20,000 nucleotides of DNA from an uncultured virus (IMG/VR IMGVR_UViG_3300046328_001173) (taxonomy: Duplodnaviria; Heunggongvirae; Uroviricota; Caudoviricetes), in the IMG/VR virus record IMGVR_UViG_3300046328_001173; one strand, 5' to 3'. The notes beneath the pieces were generated by a model. The model was given only the letters and a program-made list of their open reading frames with translations. It was not told the DNA's origin and searched no databases. Shown one piece after another: positions 17,174 to 20,000 of this stretch (the stretch's first letter is position 1; each line of letters starts with the position of its first letter). Made by a program: the position numbers and the translations under genes.

Positions 17174-17734
17174 ATGAAAGAAGAAATCTTAAAATTAAGA
17201 AGTGAAGGTAAAAGTTACAATGAAATTGTAAAAATATTAAATTGTTCAAAAGGTACCATATCTTATCATTGTGGGATAGGACAAAAAACTAAATCTTTGA
17301 ACAGACTGAGAAAAAATAGAAAGCAAAATAATTTAAAATACAGAATACAGAAATTTAGTAGTATTAAAATACCTACTAAAGTTAAAATTAGTGCTAAAAA
17401 ATTTAATTTTAAAAGAAGTTTATATAGGAAATTATATGATTTTTTTAATGCTAGTCCCAATTTACTTTCTGATAAAGAAGTTTTTTTAGAAAAAATGAAT
17501 TCAAATCCTTATTGTTATTTAACTGGTAGAAAAATAGATTTAACTGATACACCATCATATAATTTTGATCATATTATTCCTGTATGTAAAGGAGGTTCTA
17601 ATAGTTTTGATAATTTAGGTTTAACTTGTAAAGATGCTAATCATTCCAAAAGTTATCTAACTGTTGAAGAGTATTTATCTTTATGTAAAGAAGTATTAGA
17701 GCATAATGGTTATACAATTACAAAAAATATTTAA
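17174..17734 (+). CDS. HTH-HNH endonuclease (free-standing homing-endonuclease type)
   Basis: N-terminal HTH (LRSEGKSYNEIVKILNCSKGTISYHC); C-terminal CYLTG...DHIIPVCKGGSNSFDNLGLTCKDANHSK. Confidence 0.9.
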   Translation: MKEEILKLRSEGKSYNEIVKILNCSKGTISYHCGIGQKTKSLNRLRKNRKQNNLKYRIQKFSSIKIPTKVKISAKKFNFKRSLYRKLYDFFNASPNLLSDKEVFLEKMNSNPYCYLTGRKIDLTDTPSYNFDHIIPVCKGGSNSFDNLGLTCKDANHSKSYLTVEEYLSLCKEVLEHNGYTITKNI

Positions 17735-17767
17735 AAAACATAACCATAAAAATTTGTCAAAAATTTA

Positions 17768-17811
17768 AAAATACTTTGAAGTCTAAAATTCACTTGATTT
17801 TAAAGTATTTT
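17768..17811. repeat. Imperfect inverted repeat / hairpin
   Basis: AAAATACTTTGAAGTC ... GATTTTAAAGTATTTT; 16-bp arms, both mismatches are G-U pairs on the + strand. Confidence 0.6.
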
Positions 17812-18047
17812 CAATGAATTTCCACCGAAAAGTATTTTGAAAAATATTATAACTTTTTTAGTTATATTAATAAAATAATACTTTATGTATAAACTTTAAT
17901 TAAAACAATAAAATGTGTTATGAAATAGCTTTATAGAATAATAACAACAAAAAAATATAAAATAAGTACCTTAATAAAATCAAGAATATACACTATACAA
18001 CTTTAAAAATAAATTTATTAAATTTTCAAATAATTCAATTATATTTT

Positions 18048-18077
18048 AAGCTTAGGCAGGTTGTCTAAGCTTTTTTT
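18048..18077 (+). terminator. Intrinsic terminator
   Basis: AAGCTTAGGCA-ggt-TGTCTAAGCTT followed by a T run. Confidence 0.85.
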
Positions 18078-18098
18078 ATGTAAATTAATTTAATAATT

Positions 18099-18437
18099 AT
18101 GAATACAACAGAAATATTTTATCAAGAAATTATAGAAAAAACTTCACAATTAGAAGAATTAAATTTTGGCTCTACATTTTTACATTTGTTCAATGAAGGA
18201 GAATTAATACCATTCTCACCATTAAATAAATCTAATTACAATTTATTAGAACTCAAAAATAAATTAAAAGAAAGTGGATTTATTCTAAATAAGGTACCAA
18301 AAACTAATACAGATATTTTATACTATAAGCTAATTTGGAATTTAAAATTAAAAAAAAATAAGTTAGTAATTGGTCCAAATATTGAAGAAAAGTATTTAAA
18401 AGAACATATTTTAACAGAAGCAGTAGAAATTACGTAA
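18099..18437 (+). CDS. Hypothetical protein, 112 aa; may continue through frameshifts to 18645
   Basis: ATG..TAA ORF; a startless open frame 18457..18645 follows. Confidence 0.7.
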   Translation: MNTTEIFYQEIIEKTSQLEELNFGSTFLHLFNEGELIPFSPLNKSNYNLLELKNKLKESGFILNKVPKTNTDILYYKLIWNLKLKKNKLVIGPNIEEKYLKEHILTEAVEIT

Positions 18438-18776
18438 AAATATCAAAAGAAATTAAATTATTATAAATATTTATAAATACACTATAATAAATAGAATAAA
18501 CCAATCTTTTATTTACGATACAATTAAAATCTATATAGCATATTTAAAAAGTAACTATAATTACGTATTACATGAGTTTATTAGCTCTTTATTAAACAAT
18601 AAAAAATTTAATTTTTATAAAATATTTCAATATAAAAGCAATTAAATAATGTCAATTATTTTTATTAGATTAAATACAACATTACTATTATATAACATTT
18701 TACTATAAAGTTAAATGTTAAAAGTACTCTCATTATTTTTCACTATTTTCAAATTTTAAATTTAGCCCTCAAAGTT

Positions 18777-18947
18777 ATGTCACAAAGTTCAAGAAGATCA
18801 AATACATTAGAAAGATTGAAACAACAACTGATTAATACTACAAAACCAGCAAAAGAGAATGGTAAAACTACTGATATACTTATTAAATTAACTCTAAAAG
18901 ATATTGAAAGAATTAAAAAAGAAATTCAAATGTTAGAATCTAAATAA
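18777..18947 (+). CDS. Small helical phage protein (56 aa) missed by the track
   Basis: MSQSSRRSNTLERLKQQLINTTKPAKENGKTTDILIKLTLKDIERIKKEIQMLESK; ends 17 nt before the next ATG. Confidence 0.8.
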   Translation: MSQSSRRSNTLERLKQQLINTTKPAKENGKTTDILIKLTLKDIERIKKEIQMLESK

Positions 18948-18964
18948 TATAAAATAAATCAAAT

Positions 18965-19636
18965 ATGATGCAAGAACATCAAATTTTTGAAGAAGAAGTT
19001 GTTGATTTATTAAAAGAATTAGACATTATTAAAATAAATAAAGTATTAGAAACAAGTTTAATAGATTCAACAAATTATATAGAAAAAATATTTAATAAGA
19101 TATTATTAGACAACAATAAAAAAATCATATTAAATAAGCATAGATTATCTGAATTAGGTTTTGGTAAAGATAAGTTGCTTTTTAATAATCCTCTTAATTA
19201 TAGAGGAACAATAGACCAATTTAAATTATTACCTAAAACTGAAAGAGAGTTATTTGTTATTGTACACATCTTAGAAGAACTTTTATTAGAAAGAGAATTT
19301 GTTTTTGAAGAACCTCTTACTATTAAAAAAGATTTTATTGTATTGTCAAATTATATAGAGAGAATAACTGAAAAATTGACTTCATTTAAAAATAAGAAAG
19401 AAGTAACAAATTGGATAATTACTAATGAAGAATTGGTGTTGCGTATTTTTGGCGAGTTATTTTTAGTTATGTTTTTATATAATAAACAAATTAATAAAAA
19501 AACTAACTTAGAATATTTAAATCAACTTGAATTATATTTAGAATATGTTATCAAATATTGTTATTTTGGTATAACTAGATTGAATACAAAATTTAATCAA
19601 TTTAATAAGTTTTTTATATGGGAAAAGAAAAATTAA
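18965..19636 (+). CDS. Hypothetical protein, 223 aa
   Basis: Long intact ORF. Confidence 0.8.
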   Translation: MMQEHQIFEEEVVDLLKELDIIKINKVLETSLIDSTNYIEKIFNKILLDNNKKIILNKHRLSELGFGKDKLLFNNPLNYRGTIDQFKLLPKTERELFVIVHILEELLLEREFVFEEPLTIKKDFIVLSNYIERITEKLTSFKNKKEVTNWIITNEELVLRIFGELFLVMFLYNKQINKKTNLEYLNQLELYLEYVIKYCYFGITRLNTKFNQFNKFFIWEKKN

Positions 19637-19803
19637 AGAGAATTTTAATTGCCATCATTATTATAATGTCTGTTTGTATAGGTGCTGTGTTACATATATG
19701 GAATGAAGAATATTTTCAACTAAATATTTTTATTTGGATAAGTGTAGGTATAATTTCTATTCTTTTAATAAATATTATCAAATTGCTTTTAAGTGAAGAT
19801 TAA
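19618..19803 (+). CDS. Small two-TM membrane protein, 61 aa
   Basis: Two hydrophobic segments and a basic N-terminus. Confidence 0.7.
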   Translation: MGKEKLKRILIAIIIIMSVCIGAVLHIWNEEYFQLNIFIWISVGIISILLINIIKLLLSED

Positions 19804-19816
19804 CATCAAAAACAAG

Positions 19817-19883
19817 TAAAATCTAGTAAAATATCTTTGTATTTGAATACATAATAAAATTTAAAGGTATTTACTAGATTTTA
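19817..19883. repeat. Long inverted repeat / hairpin
   Basis: TAAAATCTAGTAAA (19817-19830) and TTTACTAGATTTTA (19870-19883) are perfect 14-bp arms that extend inward imperfectly. Confidence 0.7.
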
Positions 19884-20000
19884 AAATAATCTAAGTTTTA
19901 TTCTATTTGTTACGAAATATTGTAAGATTTTTTACGAAAACAATTAAAATAATCTTATTCAAGACAAATAACAAAATCCTATAAAAGGACAATTTAATTT

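Noticed and set aside
16867..17460. Minus-strand ORFs 16867..17136 and 17266..17460
   Set aside because: Antisense to the signal-peptide gene and the HNH gene; low-complexity translations.
81..19803. Simple genetic code 4, 25 or 15 for the whole window
   Set aside because: No single one of these rescues both the TAG and the TGA cases, and TGG still far outnumbers in-frame TGA despite the extreme AT content.
1..20000. CRISPR array, transposase, integrase or structural genes
   Set aside because: No regularly spaced repeats or recognisable motifs for these were seen.

Overview
Very AT-rich (roughly 21-23% GC by eye), densely packed, almost entirely + strand array of small genes. It looks like an accessory region of a large phage infecting Bacteroidota: no Shine-Dalgarno motifs, A/T-rich start contexts, a TTTG-N20-TAnnTTTG promoter and a Bacteroidota-style signal peptide. 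Recognisable products are a T4 Rnl1-like RNA ligase, an Rnl2-like RNA ligase broken into four pieces, an AAA_21/RloA-like ABC ATPase with a frameshift and degenerate motifs, and an HTH-HNH endonuclease. The strongest signal is one the ORF track hides. At least 12 TAG/TGA codons sit inside longer frames that continue to a TAA, usually just before the next gene, and they read plausibly as Trp. Nearly all genuine gene ends are TAA. Two genes appear to start at ATA, and several conserved Gly/Glu motif residues show G-to-A type changes. Candidate explanations are dual stop readthrough, A-to-I correction, G-to-A hypermutation with decay, or base-calling error on modified DNA. Several frameshifts mean decay or artefact cannot be excluded. 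Other points are a duplicated two-gene module with a Cys/His protein, tRNA T-loop-like repeats in the HNH promoter and a lone minus-strand lipoprotein plus membrane protein island. All family calls come from motif recognition by eye; no search was run.
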